Below, piece by piece: positions 17,635 through 32,194 of a DNA stretch of 64,000 nt (the first letter of the stretch is position 1; the number at the start of each line of letters is the position of its first letter). The stretch lies in assembly GCF_009914755.1 (NCBI RefSeq), contig NC_060933.1. One strand, given 5' to 3'. This stretch comes from the human T2T-CHM13v2.0 reference genome, Homo sapiens. The notes below the pieces were generated by a model that had not been told where the DNA came from, ran no database searches, and worked only from the letters and a program-made list of their open reading frames with translations. Both the position numbers and the translations under genes were made by a program.

Positions 17635-17795
17635 TCACTATTCAAAGTGTGGTGTATGGCCCAGGAGCATGGACATCATTTGAAAGCTTGTTTGAAATGC
17701 GCGATTTCATCCTTCATCCCAGACCTATTGAATAAGAATATGCATTTTAAGATTCTCAGATAATTTATATGTACATTAAAATTGGAAACCACTGG
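17635..17795. mobile_element. MER5A-like DNA transposon relic
   Basis: ttcaaagtgtggt...gaaagcttgtttgaaatgc...cccagacctattgaat...aaattggaaaccactgg. Confidence 0.7.
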
Positions 17796-19398
17796 TTTAC
17801 ATTACTCAGAATAATACATTGTGAAAAATAAGCTCAAGGATGGAACATGAGAGACATCACATTCAAGAAGCAGTCAGGAAGAATGGTTAGCAATGGAGAC
17901 CAAGGAGGCACATTCAGAGACCTAAGAAGAGGGTGTGGAAAAACGGTATCATGGAAGCCAGGGAAAGACAGGGTTACAAGATGAAAGGCTTAACACCTGA
18001 AAATTCCAGAGTCAGATGAGCTTGGATCTGACTACTGAGGAATTGACGGCTTCAATGTTTATAAAAGTGCGTAGACCCAAGGAAGTGGGTGGAGACCTGA
18101 CAAGGAAGTGATGGAAGACTTTTTTTTTGGAGAAGTTTGGCCTTGAAGAGGTAATGGCCATGGCTGAGGGAGAGAGTGGGTGGATAGAAAGCAAGGTCTG
18201 AAATGTAGAATTGGTTTTTCTCTTCACAGGAAAAAATGTTGATCATGTTTATAAATTGAAAAGATTAAAAATATATGAAAGGGAAGACTGATGTTAATAA
18301 TTGGACAGCATCTTGATTATGACTGAGTAAACAATGTGAGGATGGACTGCCTTTGAGCAGAAGGGTTTTTCCCTCCAAGCCTTCTCAGGTTAGAAGACAA
18401 GAACGTGAGCGTGATTGCATGCAAATATGGGTAATATCTTGATGTGGTTGGTTGTTTTAGAGCATGGCAATGGAGAGACTTTCTGGCTGATAATCAAATT
18501 TTCTTTGTGAATGAAAGGCAAAATCTTCTGAGGGGTGGTGAAGATTTGGTACAGCCATAGGAGAAATGGAAGAGGATGCTGAAAGTTCTGCAAAGCTGCT
18601 CCCGTGGCTGTAAATCATGAGCACCAACCTCACTTGGTGGGTGAATTCTTGTGGCAACACTCTATAGCCCAGGGACAGGAACGGGAAAAGTCATGGTTGT
18701 TTTGATCCAGTTTGAAAGTTGGAGTGTTATGGGTTGAAGCATGTGGAGAGTGCTGATGAACACGATCAGAACCAAAGAGAACAAATTGAAGCTTTGAGGG
18801 GGAAACTTGAAAGGGAGTGGAGGGACTGGCAGGATAAGTGAGATGAAAGTGGACACAGTTTAGAGTTTAGAATTTAGAAGGGAATTAGTTCTCAGTACTG
18901 GTACCACCTAGTGTGGGGTGGGTAAAGAGACCAGTGAGGGAAACTGAATATAATAGGGTTTCAAGTTACAATCCTGTCAGAATCAGTTTAGAAGTCATCT
19001 TCCAGACTCCAGTAGCCAAGAGACTTCACATCCGAGGCAGGAAAATCTCTGAAAGTATGAGTTCCAGTTTTCTTGTTTCTTATCACCTGCCTTTGAGTGA
19101 GTCATGTCACTCAAAGGCAGGTGACGAGGACTTGGAGACACTTGGAGTTCAATGGGCCTGACCCACTGAGTTGCAGATAAAAATTCACTTCTTTATTTAA
19201 TTCTTAACCAATTAAATATGCAGTGAGTATGTAGGGTACTCAAAAATGTATTTCAACAGTCATCAGAGCTGCTATAAAGACCACTGAAATATGTCTTAAT
19301 TATCACAGTTTGTCTAAGAAGACAAGGCTAACACATTTGAAATACGTACAAGAGACTACATAATTACAGGTAATTGCCAAATTATAAATATTGACTAT

Positions 19399-19748
<350 letters not shown>

Positions 19749-20616
19749 TCATGTGACTAAGTAAATCAAGGGGAGGAGTGTAATCAAGGCATCTGTCCCC
19801 CTGATAGGTAGACTTTGAATGGGTAGAGGAAATAAGAATGGGCAGGCATCTAAGACAGGCCAAATGCCCCAAGGCATAAATGAACATGGTATGTTTGTGT
19901 GGAAGAAAAGGGATGGGCCAAATAGATCTGAGGTGCTGAGTTGAAGTGTGTCAAATGATGCTTCTGTAAGGTGTGATAAGGTCAGATTATAGAAGGCTGT
20001 GCTAACCTAATGGAGAGAAAAGCTCACAGATAATAAAATGAGGGAGTCACTAGGTCTAAGCAGAGATAAAGAAATACAAACTTTCACAGATTATAAGCAA
20101 TAGAAGATATTCTTTAAAAAATTAAATGCATACAAATGAAAATATCTGCATAAGAAGACTAGAGCTATATAAGGAACACAACGAAGTTGGGAAATATTGT
20201 GAATAATACTACCATCATGAAGACAACTCTCTATATTAAGTAAGTTATTTCAAAAAATAGGAGGAAATTCAAGAGCAGTAAAAAACAAAAGGAAAAAACT
20301 CTATTGTCAAGATCACATATGAGGTAATGTAAATAGTTTAAAAAGTGGGAAAAATTTTATCTATCTAATAACCATAGACATGCAAGTTACAGTAGTTCAA
20401 AGCACCATTTTATGTCTAATTACTAATAAAATCTCTCTGAAAAGATAAGCCTTTCCTGGCAGTCCTGTGGAGAACGGGATGCATCATGTGCTACTTGTGA
20501 CCTTGTAACCTAATGGATGCATTCAGAAAGTAACATACAGATGCTATATAATTTGTAAAAATGTCATCCTCCTTTAACTAATATCTCACTACCAGGAATT
20601 TATCCTAAGACAAGAT

Positions 20617-21124
20617 TTTTTTTCTTTTTTTTGAGACAGAGTCTCACTCTGTCACCCAGGCTGGAGTGCAGTGGCGCAATCTCCACTCACCGCAACCTCT
20701 GCCTCCTGGGTTCACACGATTCTCCAGCCTCAGCCGCCTGAGTAGCTGTGATTACAGGCGCCCGCCACCACACCCGGCTAATTTTTTGTGTTTTTAGTAG
20801 AGACAGGGTTTCACTGTGTTAGCCAGAATGTTCTCGATCAATCTCCTGACCTTGTGACCTCCGCCTCCCAAAGTGCTGGGATTACAGGTGTGAGCCACAG
20901 CGCCCGGGCGTTTTCGCTTGTTCAAGTGATTCTCCTGCCTCAGCCTCCTGAGTAGCTGGGATTACAGGCACGTGCCACCATGCCTGGCTAATTTTTGTAT
21001 TTTAGTAGTAACGGAGTTTCACTATGTTGGTCAGGATTTTCTCGATCTCCTGACCTCGTGATCCGCCCGACTCAGCCTCCCAAAGTGCTGGGATTACAGG
21101 CGTGAGCCACCGTGCCCGCCGGCC
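20617..21124 (-). mobile_element. Two tandem Alus (one near-complete, one lacking its 3' end)
   Basis: Alu 20617-20910 directly abuts a second Alu 20918-21124 that is truncated within its right arm. Confidence 0.85.
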
Positions 21125-21726
21125 ATTTTTTTAAAATTATGTTTACAAGACGTTCAATGTTACATCGAAAAAGTGAAAACAGTCTAAATATCCAAGAGTA
21201 AGAAAATAGTTAAGAAAATTTTAACACCCAACATGAGGCGATAAGCTTCTGTTGTTATTAAATGTAATAAATATGAACATTTGTCAAACATGGACATGAC
21301 AAATACATAGAAAAAACAAGATATAAATCTATATGTTCAATATTATTGGACATAGGTAGCATACGTCTAAACATAGAGAATCAAGCACTACAATAGGAGT
21401 GGGAAATGCAAGCTTCCTTTCTTAATGTCAGATGCCTGAGAAGAGAACACCCCCAGAGGATCACGGTGTCTGAAGAGATTACTCTGGCATTCTACCAGGA
21501 CCGTCCCTCCATTTTCTTCTCTTCTTTATTTTGGTCTGAAAAGCCCTTTTCCTACCTATTTTATTTTTCTTCTGTATAGCATCAGAAGTATCTTCTTATT
21601 TATGTTGAATTTTGCATAGGATTTTATTTTAGGATGTATTTTCAATCTCAGTTTGTTTTCCTAGCTCAACATGTTTTGTTTGTTTTTGAAAATTCATTTT
21701 ACTTATTTTTGTAACTCTGATTTTGA

Positions 21727-22045
<319 letters not shown>

Positions 22046-22599
22046 CATAGTATGTTTTATAAGTGTTCTGAAATCAAGTAATAAGAGTTTTTTTTAATGA
22101 AGGTGAGATAAGTTTCTGGCAAATATAGAACTTGAGAATTAATGAAGTGTATACTTCTCATTTTCTACTCTAACCTTTTGAAATTAATACAATTTTAACA
22201 TGAAATATTTCCATGAAATTACAAGAGAACTTTGATGTTTGTTTCTGCATTCTGGGCTCCCAGAAACATGGTGTAGCGTGGTCTGACCTGCATATCTTTG
22301 GAAATTTATAATAGGTTTCATTGTCTGATCTTAACCAAAACCCAATCCTTAATAAAATAGCCCAGTATATATATGGTTTTTTTCCTCTACTAAATGAATT
22401 ACAATTCTCTGCTAGCTACCAGCACAGGGAAAATTAAAGAGAAAACCTTTCTTTCCTTACAGTGCATGAATTCTACCAGTGTGGAAGAGTGAGAAGAACC
22501 CAAGCTTCAGAGTTTTACAGCCACAGGATCAGATTTTAGTCTATTCCACTACCCAAAACTAGGCAAGTTTTCTGGGGTCATCTAGCCTCTATGACCTCA

Positions 22600-22941
<342 letters not shown>

Positions 22942-23008
22942 AGAAAGAAAGGAAGGAAGGAAGGAAGGAAGGAAGGAAGGAAGGAAGGAAGGAAAAAAAA
23001 AAAAAGAA
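22942..23008. repeat. (GGAA)n microsatellite in the Alu tail
   Basis: About 11 GGAA units followed by poly(A). Confidence 0.95.
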
Positions 23009-23024
23009 ATGTAATAGTCTGGTA

Positions 23025-23196
23025 GGGTGATTCCCAAACTGCTGCACATTAGAATGAAGTGGGAAGGTTTTAGAAACACAGCGTCCACATTGCACGCAAC
23101 ATCCATGAAGTCAAAATATTAGGCATGGGAACCAGGCATCAACAGTTTTTAAAGATCCAAGATGATTCCATTGTGCAGCAAAATTTGGAAACCAGT
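23025..23196. mobile_element. MER5A-like relic
   Basis: tgattcccaaactgctgcacattagaat...ccaagatgattccattgtgcagcaaaatttggaaaccagtg. Confidence 0.7.
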
Positions 23197-24244
23197 GCCT
23201 AGCACAAAGCAGGTACTCAGCAAAAGTCAACTTTCTTTATCTTTCAATGTGTCGTGTATTTGCCAGCTTTCGGGTAGCACTTCCTTATCTTCAATCCTTA
23301 AAACTCTGCAGCAGAGTGGCACTGCATAGGTAAATGCTACACTGACATCTTGCTGCATGCCGCACTTTACTGCAGTGGAAAATAATGAGGAGCTAGCCAA
23401 TACCCATTATTAAAGTGTCACACAAGTGTTTCATCCCATCCAGTCACATTTTTCAGGGGCTTCCAATTCACACTTTCGTAAATGCGGCCGTTTCCTCTTC
23501 CTGTGACTTAGATGAGATGGAAACAGACATGCTCTCAAGTATCATATTAGCTTTTTTTCAGAACTTCTTTAGTTTTCTGATGAGGCATCTGTGCCTCCTA
23601 TAAATGCACTTTAGACCCTGCTATACAGAAAAGTAAATTTTCTTACAACTGGTCTGAAGCATATGTATTATTCTTTTAGATCTGATGTATCAAATGCCCA
23701 CGGCCCTAGGTATGCCTGTGTTTCTTTAATCTATAATGATCATTTTATACAATGTTCTGGCACCTTGCCCAGCACACTCCTTTACCTATAGCAGGTTTAG
23801 CAGGCTGGGTAATTGCCCCTTTTAAAGTTGTCTGCACTCAACACTGCCCTGTCTGGTAAATGCAATTAGAAGCAAATCCTTGGGTGTATCACCCCAGACT
23901 TTTTATTAAGCTCATATGGCATTCTCACTGCCACTATTTCTCACCAGGTTGCTCATTAACCACGGGCAGCCAAAGGTCTGGATCATATCAGACGGTGACT
24001 TTCCAACCCATGAGACTCCCTTGTTCACCTTAAATATAAACCACATAGAGAAGAAACTGGGGATTTGCATGCCTGAAAGCTGACGGTGGCCATAACAAAA
24101 GCAATAAACAGAAATCCTAGAGATAGTGATGACAGAAGAAATGTCAAGGAGTTAGAGGGAGCACTTTGTGTTGGCACTGAAAGCAGCCAGAAGAAGACTC
24201 AGAGTGAGACAGAAGTTGACTCATGCAACAAACCTTCACCACTG

Positions 24245-25272
24245 ACAGTCAAAGAAAATGACTGAGGAGCGTCTCAATCATGTTAGAGGTTTATTTTGAC
24301 AAGGTTAAGAACGCACCCGGGAAAAAGGAACACAAAACCACAAGAACAATCTGTGATCCATGCTTTTTCTGAAGAGGGCCTGCGAATTTTAGTATTTAAT
24401 GGGAAAGAGCAAGCAGTAGGAGAAAGAGGAAGAAAAGAAAAAAGGGGAAGGGTAGATAAAAGGGGCAGGCAGTTGCATTCTGTTGAGTCTTTGATCAGTG
24501 TGCACTGAATCCACATTTCACATGTCAAAGGAAGGGGTAGAGAAATAGTCAATTATGCATTCATCTCACACTCAGTGAATTTGCATTTTTACATAAGATA
24601 AAATAAACATAAAGTAGAGGAAGTAATCAGATATGCATTTGTGAACCCAGAAAATCTGAGACAGGTCTCAGTTAATTTAGAAAGTTTATTTTGCCAAGGT
24701 TGAGGACGCATCCATGACAGCCTCAGGAGGTCCTGATAGCATGTGCCCAAGGCAGTTGGGGCACAGCTTGATTTTTACATTTAGGGAGACATGAGACATC
24801 AATCAATAGATATAAGAAGTACATTGGTTGGGTCTGGAAAGGCAGAACAACTGGAAACAAAGGCAGGAAGACTCAAAGCTGGGAGGGAGCTTCCAGGTCA
24901 CAGATAGGTGAGACACAAACAGTTACATTCTTTTCAGTTTCTGATTAGCCTTTCCAAAGGAAGTAATCAGATATGACTCCTTTGGTGCCGGGCGGCGGGT
25001 GGGGGGAGCTTTTAGTTCTATCCTTTGTCCTTTGTTCCGGGATCTGTGAAGATAGCTGTTCTCTTGCATTTTCTGGGTGAAATTCAACAGAACTGTTTTA
25101 GGGTAAAGATCTTGGGACCCACAAAGAATTTCGTTTTGAGCAAATTGTGAGAGAGGCATGTATCCTTTTAAATCTGTAGCTGTCTTATTTGGGAACAAAA
25201 TGGGAGGCTGGTTGGCATGACCCAGTTCTCAGCTTGACTGTTCCCTTCAGCTTAGTGAGTTTGGGGTCCAGA
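24245..25272 (-). mobile_element. Composite MER4-family (ERV1) solo LTR
   Basis: Reverse strand begins tgtaaaaggaacataaaatctctggaccccaaactcactaagc (MER4 5' end); two LTR 3'-end modules in tandem. Confidence 0.8.
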
Positions 25273-26164
25273 GATTTTATGTTCCTTTTACAGCACCCAG
25301 GAGGAACTGAGCATAAGCCTATTTCTCACAGCTTTGAGGAGCACTAACTGAAGTGCTCAGTTAGCAGCATTTGAATTAATTATTTCACAGCTCATCCTTA
25401 ACCAAATTATTTTTAATATGATTCTAAAACTGGAGTTTTACGTTAAGCTTAGTATTTTGAGGTAATCTTAGCAGCAGGTGGACCTTAGCTCACTAAGAGC
25501 ATGAGAGCTCTTAGTTACCTCACTCATCAGCGGCTTGGCTCCTCTTTCAGAAGGCATAAAGAACCTCATCCATCAGTGCCCACATACTCCTGTAAGCGCA
25601 GGCCCCTTTTCTTTGCTTCTGGGAAACATCCATCTGGTCCTGTATTGCTGTCGTTCCTTTTCTGTCTGTTTTCCTATGCAAACCAATCTGTCATTCTATT
25701 TTGTTGCCCCATTTCCAAGTCACTTGACCAGATGGATAACCACATAAAAATGGCTAAGTAATTTAAGCTTAAAAATTAGGAGCAGGAAATAATGTAAACT
25801 GGAATAGTAAGAAAATGCTGAAGGTGAGACTTGTGGAGGGCTGGCATTGTGGACATCTTTAAGATATAAGGCTTTATTATAACAGTCAAAGCAAAGGGGA
25901 CACGTAATTAATACAAGACTTTTTATCAAAGAGGAAAAGCTGTCATTTTCTCAGGAATCTAATACTATTCTAAGACTTAGGTTTAAAATGTATCAGGAGT
26001 GCCTTCTAAGTGACTGTGGAAAGGGGGAAATAGTAACCATATATTTTGAATGAGTGATTCTAGATCTTGGCTTCTATTTTATGCCTACTCTTCTCCCCTT
26101 GTCTCTTGTAAACTCACTTACAACCAGATCATAATAATAAAACTAGAATGCAGAGCGGCCATAC

Positions 26165-26370
26165 AGTACAGTAACTAAGCACGCCAGCTCTGAAGCCAGA
26201 CCTTTTGGTTGGGATCTCAATACTGTTAATTTCCTCATTTGAAAGACCAGGGTAATATAATCCTTCAAGAGAGGGTTGTTATTAGGGTGGACCTGATAAA
26301 TAGGGTGGACCATATAATTTGTCATACAGATGGATGCTTTAGAAAGTGCGATAATGTTTACTTGTCAAAT
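26165..26370. mobile_element. MIR fragment
   Basis: ctctgaagccagac...tttcctcatttgaaag...gggttgtt MIR core. Confidence 0.6.
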
Positions 26371-27259
26371 TATTATCATGCTATTTTGACTATATTTTCT
26401 TATATGCTTTACTTGGAATATTTAAATTAGCCCATATGTAACTAGAGTCTAAAATCCATAGTTCAGGGAAATTGTGGTTGTATTTTGTCCCTTTAAAAAA
26501 CACAGGGGCATTGGTGCCTAAATCATTGACCCCTGCAAAATGCAACAGGTTGCGTGGAAGTGAAACATAATGCCTCCAACCTGCTAGTTATTTACACATG
26601 TTGACCTAAGGAACACACAAGCCAGATATTCTTTAGGTTATCTCTTTTTATTGTTAGACCACTGAATGGCAAAGTACTTGGTATGCATTAGATTTATTTA
26701 CTGTTAAAAGATTTTCAAGAAACTACAATTTAATAACATGTCCTTGATTTTTTTTCACGAGTTGAAATAATAAATATACAGTATCTATTCATCTATCCTG
26801 GAAAGTCCCTGATAAAAGCACTGCGTTTTCTTAATCAGTTTCCTTTTCTGCAGAATAAATTTCTGTTATGCTTCTTAATCAGCAAAATGACAAACAAATT
26901 GAGAAATAACCTCAAACTTAACAAAACAGAACAAAGTCTTCCCTGAAGGTCTTGGAGAACCACATGAGATCAGATCACAACCCAAGGTCTGCCCTGAGAA
27001 ATGGGGAAAGCCAGGGACCTGCCACACCTCCCTTCCTCTTGTCTAACCGGAGAAGAGAAACTAAACTTAATTTTCATGATCTTACTATGTTAGCCTCATA
27101 TGTAATCATCTTCTCTTTTGTCTAAATGGTTCCCTATTTTCACCTTATACTTAACTATCATATATAGGGCTTATGAATACATTTATCTCAGATCCCATTC
27201 AGAAGTTGTAAAGGAATACATTATTAATAAATCAAATATTTCTACATTACATGGAAGAA

Positions 27260-27500
27260 AGTGTGGAACAGTTAAGAGGATGGTTACTGGTCCCAAAGAG
27301 TCCAGAGTTTAAACCCTTACTCTATATTATCTACATGATCTGCGCATGTCGCTTATTTTTAATGAGTTTTAGTTTCCTCATTTGCAAACAGCGTGACACT
27401 TGTCCCAAAGGATTGAACTGAGGATTTAGTAAGATAACAGGTGTAGAGGGTGTCTTCACAGTGCTGGGCTCGTGTCAGGCCCTTGATAAATATTAATTCA
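27260..27500. mobile_element. MIR fragment
   Basis: agtttcctcatttgcaaa...tgaggatttagtaagataac...ataaatatt. Confidence 0.6.
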
Positions 27501-28913
27501 ATTCCCCTTCTCCTGCCCTACTACCATCCTTCGGCTCAGAGCAGCCAAAAGCTGGAAAAATAGGCTCCACCCAGAAACTGTAACAAGATAACGATAAAGC
27601 ACAGTTGGACGGATCAGGGGTAATCTACTGAGTTATCCCTGTTTTAAACTATTGTGTTTGCTTCTGTGCATAGGAGAATCACCCCATGCTGAAGGGCAAG
27701 TGGAACATTTGCACAGTTGCCCTTGGGAACATGAACAACAATAGTTCCCTTAGCCAAGCCTAGGGCAGTGTGGAGATGAGGGGCACATGGGACGCAGGTC
27801 CCTCTGCTACAAGCTTGACTGCCATCGGAAGCTGGGAGACACCAAAGGGTGGCCCCAGGGGCTCTCTGTCATCTTATGGTGACTCAAAAAATGCACATTC
27901 CTGCATTGATAACAATGGGTATTTTTATTACATGAAAATCTATGTACTTACTATTTGTGTTCTTCCCAACATTCAACTGACTTTTCTACCTGATGCAAAA
28001 TGCAGGAGGGCTGTTCACGACTTCTTCCTCTCTTCCTCTTCTCCTCCTATTCTTCCTCTTTCTTCTCCTTCCTTCCTCCTTCCCCTCCTACTGATGTTTT
28101 TATTTCTATCAACAAAAATGAGAAAAATCACTTTCAGTTACAAAGTAAGTCTGAAACTATATCAAAATAATTTAGATCTTTAGTAGATTGAGAAAAAACA
28201 CATGAACTTTTTCAACTTGCAGGAATAAAAATGTCAAGATTATTAAATCTGTTCTTTATTTTTAGTGAACTATAAAAAGGTTTATTGATAATTTCTGTTG
28301 AGCAAGATGACTTCAGAGTTTATATCATCTAGGCCTTAAGATTTACTAGAATTTTAATGTATCATTCTAAAGATGTGCTCACAGAATACCCCTCAGTGTT
28401 GCTTGACCGATAAGGGTACACGCTACAAACACGTGGAGAAAAACGTGCAGAGCTGTTCGTGGAAGAAATTAGTGGCCATTTAAATTCCTCACTTACCAAA
28501 AAATTAATAGATTCCTTCATCCTAAAGAGTGCAAGTGTATTTTAGGTCCATGCCATAAATATTTAAAACTATCTCATCTTACTGAAAATTTATATAACAC
28601 ATGACCTTTGCAAAATTGCAACCTTTATTCTTCAAGCAAAAATTGGTTTCTGCTGGTCACCACAATGTGCTTCTTTTGGACACCATGTATAACTGAGATT
28701 GAATTGTAACTGTTAGCAGTGGAGAAAGCCTGCGGAAAATCAACTCAATTGAATTTTGTGTTCACAGATGCTTTGAGTTTTACAGAGTCTTATATTCCAT
28801 TTTCAAGTGCATCATTCAGGACACAGGCCCATTTTCCATATCCTAGATCACCCAACCAGTCCAGGGCTATTTCAGAAACTTTCCTGAGCATATAATATAG
28901 ACCAACGCTAGGT

Positions 28914-29592
28914 TGTAAACTAAGTATAAAATTCTAAGCCCCCCAACCAACTGAACAGAAACTTCTTGGCCAAGAGGACCCCAGAGAAAACTGAAAAGCT
29001 GTTTCTGGCCCTGAAAGAAAGGGAGGTCAGACACACCTCATCATACCTCCTCTGTTTTGGAGTTTGGACTCAACAAGTAACCAGCAGCGGTGTTAAAATA
29101 GAGATCCTAAGACTGACAGAACAGACCCCGTGTGGCCATAAGATAACAAATTATGAACAAGCCCTAAGGCCATGCAAGGCAGGTGTAAGTCAGGCCTGCA
29201 GGCCATCAGGCTTGCTAACCAGGGCATTTTATTGTGGCTGACTCTGACAGAGCATTCTTACCTTCCTTTCTGTCAACTCTAAGCTGTAGACAGGGCCTTA
29301 CTCCTTTAACCAATCACAAACCAGAGAATCCCCAAGTCCACCTACAACCTATAAGACGTCTCCTGAAGATAATCCCCCTTTTTGAACCGAACCAGTGTAT
29401 ACCTTCCATGTGTTGATGTCTTTGCCTGTAACTCCTGCCTCCCTGAAATGTATAAAACCAAACCAATCCGGCCACCTCGGAACCACTTACTCAAGCCTTC
29501 TTGGTTGCGTGTTTTCTCCAGGCCTCAGTCACTCATATTGTTTCAGAATAAACCTCTTTAAAATATATTACAGTTTGTTTTATCCATTAACA
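28914..29592 (+). mobile_element. MER4-group (ERV1) solo LTR
   Basis: TG...CA ends; starts tgtaaactaagtataaaattctaagccccccaaccaactgaa; TATA-like tgtataaaa ~29450; AATAAA ~29547. Confidence 0.8.
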
Positions 29593-29980
29593 AAGTCAAG
29601 CAATTAGTTCTTAGATCTGCAAATATAACTATTACTGCACTAAAATAGATTAATGAAAGAGGATATACTAGATAAAGGAATATGAATAGCACAAAATGTG
29701 GCACATTTGTGGAACACAGAAAAGGGATTCTATGAGTTAGCCAGTTAAAATAACTAAGGCCATGGCCATTTCACATCCCAGGTCCAGAATTTGAAAGATC
29801 AAAGTATCTCCATAAAAAAATATATATTTTCCCCTTCATGCTTGAAAATGCAATAGGCAATGTTATAGTAAAGTCAGGAAACATGAGTCTGTCTTATTTC
29901 ATTTCGGACCCTGAGTTGGCTGTTTCACATCTTTCCACCAATTCACAGGTGTGACTTTAACTGTCACTCATACCCTGTAC

Positions 29981-30277
29981 TTTTTTTTTTTTTTTTTTGA
30001 GATGGAGTCTTCCTTTGTTGCCAGGCTGGAGTGCAGTGGCGATCTTGACTCACTGCAACCTCCAACTTCCCAGATTCCAGCGATTCTCCTGCCTCAGCCT
30101 CGCAAGTAGCTGGGATTACAGGTTCATGCCACCATGCCCAGCTAATTTTTGTATTTTTAATAGAGACAGGCTTTCAGCGTACTGGCCAGGATGGTCTCGA
30201 TCTCCTGACCTCGTGATCCGCCCACCTCAGCCTCCCAAAGTGCTGGAAATAAAGGAATGAGCCACTGCAACTGGCCG
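29981..30277 (-). mobile_element. AluS
   Basis: Reverse Alu dimer with poly(T). Confidence 0.9.
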
Positions 30278-30289
30278 CCCTATTTACTT

Positions 30290-30445
30290 TTAAATATATA
30301 TTTCCAGTCCAGACTTTTCTTCCATGCCCATACTTGAATATTCATGCATCTTCTGAATTGTTTCCACTTGGATTTTTCTCAGACACCTAAAATTCAGCCT
30401 GTCATCAATTCTATCCATCATTCTTCCAAATCCTCTTCCTGCCCC
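30290..30445. mobile_element. L2 fragment ending at the compositional boundary
   Basis: tttccacttggatttttctcagacacctaaaattcagcctgtc L2 motif. Confidence 0.55.
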
Positions 30446-30871
30446 TGAGCTCCGCCTCCAAATGCCTAGCAGCATCATTCCCTCCTGACACTTCCTTCTT
30501 ACCACCCCCCCACCTATGCCCTCCTGCCACAATTAAGCCTCCTACACCAGATGAGCTCTTTTCCTTTAGTGACACCACTGGCTTCCAGGGTCTGGTCAGC
30601 TGTCCGGCAGGAAGCAGCATAACCCAGACTGGCCCAGCATGAAATTCGGGTGTGGTGTTTTGTGCAGCAACACTCACAGGAGACGCTGTCCTCTGCCCGT
30701 CACAGCAGGGGACATGTCAGCTGTCCCTCCCAGGTGATGCTACATCCAGTCATGGGGGAAGGACTGTCGCCAGCTGCTCCTGCGTAAGTCCCCCTCCCCT
30801 TTGTAACTGGTGGTCCTAGGAGCGTGAATATCCTGTTCCCCAACAGCCCTTAACTCAATGGCTTTGGCACC

Positions 30872-31303
30872 CGAGTTAGTTGCCTGTGGCTGCTGTAACA
30901 GATTACCACAAACAACACAGGTGTGTTCTCTCCCAGCTCTGTAGACCGGAAGTCTAAAATGGGTCACACCGGGCTGAGATCGGTGTCGGCAGGGCTGCAT
31001 TCCTTCTACCAGTGTTCCTGGGTACATGTGTGGCCCTTTCCTCCGTTTCCAAACCCCATCCCTCCAAGCTCCGCGTCCATCACTGCATCCCCTCCTCAGG
31101 CTCTGAACCTCCTGCCTCCCTCTTAAAAGGACCCTGAAGATCACCAGGGCCCACCTGGATAATCCAGGGTGGCCTCCCCATCTCCAGGTCCCTCACTTAG
31201 CCACATTTGCAAAGCCCCTCTTGCCATACAAGGGGACCTGTGATTACAGGTTCTGGGGCTTAGGATAGGCACTTGCCTTGGGGATGCTATTCAGCCGACT
31301 TCA
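30872..31303 (-). mobile_element. MLT1 (MaLR) LTR
   Basis: gctgctgtaacagattaccacaaac...gggcccacctggataatccaggg...cacatttgcaaagcccct...acaggttctggggcttagga. Confidence 0.8.
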
Positions 31304-32194
31304 ACATCCGCTGCTGATCTTCACCTGAATGTGTTCATTCCAGGGGGAGTGCACAAATGGGGACTTTCAAACCCATCGCCTCTCCCACGTTGGCTGGATT
31401 GTTCTAGGAGGAAGTGCTCCCTCCTTCTAGGGCCGCCATGGACTATACTGTTCATCCAATGCTCTTCATCCTATGTCTCAAATTTGGCCACCAGAGCCCC
31501 TTCCACCTGGCCTTTTTGGCCTGTTGAGGCATGCCCGTCTGTCCTCAAGTGCGTCCGCCCTCCTGGCGCGACGCGATCCATACTCTGGCTCATCCTGTGC
31601 CCACCTCCACCGAGATCTGGACTTAGGCCCCATCGTGCCGCACAGCTTCGGAAACCACCCGTGTGCCTGTGTGCTTGGGTAGCGCCAATGTTAGCTCCTT
31701 TCAGTGGTTAGAGACAGAAAATGGATTTTTTTTGAATTATGAGTTATTGCTGCCGCTTCCGGTCCAAGCACAAGCCCCCAGGAACCCTCTTTGTTTCCCG
31801 TTCCACATCCCTATCTCCCGCCTCCCAGCGAGAGAAAGAGTCCTGGTTCCGAGGAGGACCACCAAGCTGCTGGGGGTGACCAGCCCTTAATCCACAGACA
31901 GTGGTTTCAGACGACCACAGCAGCGCTCCTGCTGCGACAAAACCAGCCTGCGACGCGGAGCTGCGGGTCCCCACAGCCAGAGGCCCCTTCGAAAGCCACT
32001 TCCATTCTTGTTTCCATCTGGTGTTGCTGTCAATTGTTTTAGGTTCATTGATTTCTGTTTGAATTCAATGTTCAATTTTTTTGTGCTTGTCAATTTAATT
32101 CTATTTCTGAACGTGTAAACATTTACGTGTTTCAAAAGTCAACACATATGTAAAGGATTCTCTGACTTCTCACTCCACCCAGTCCTCCCACCTG

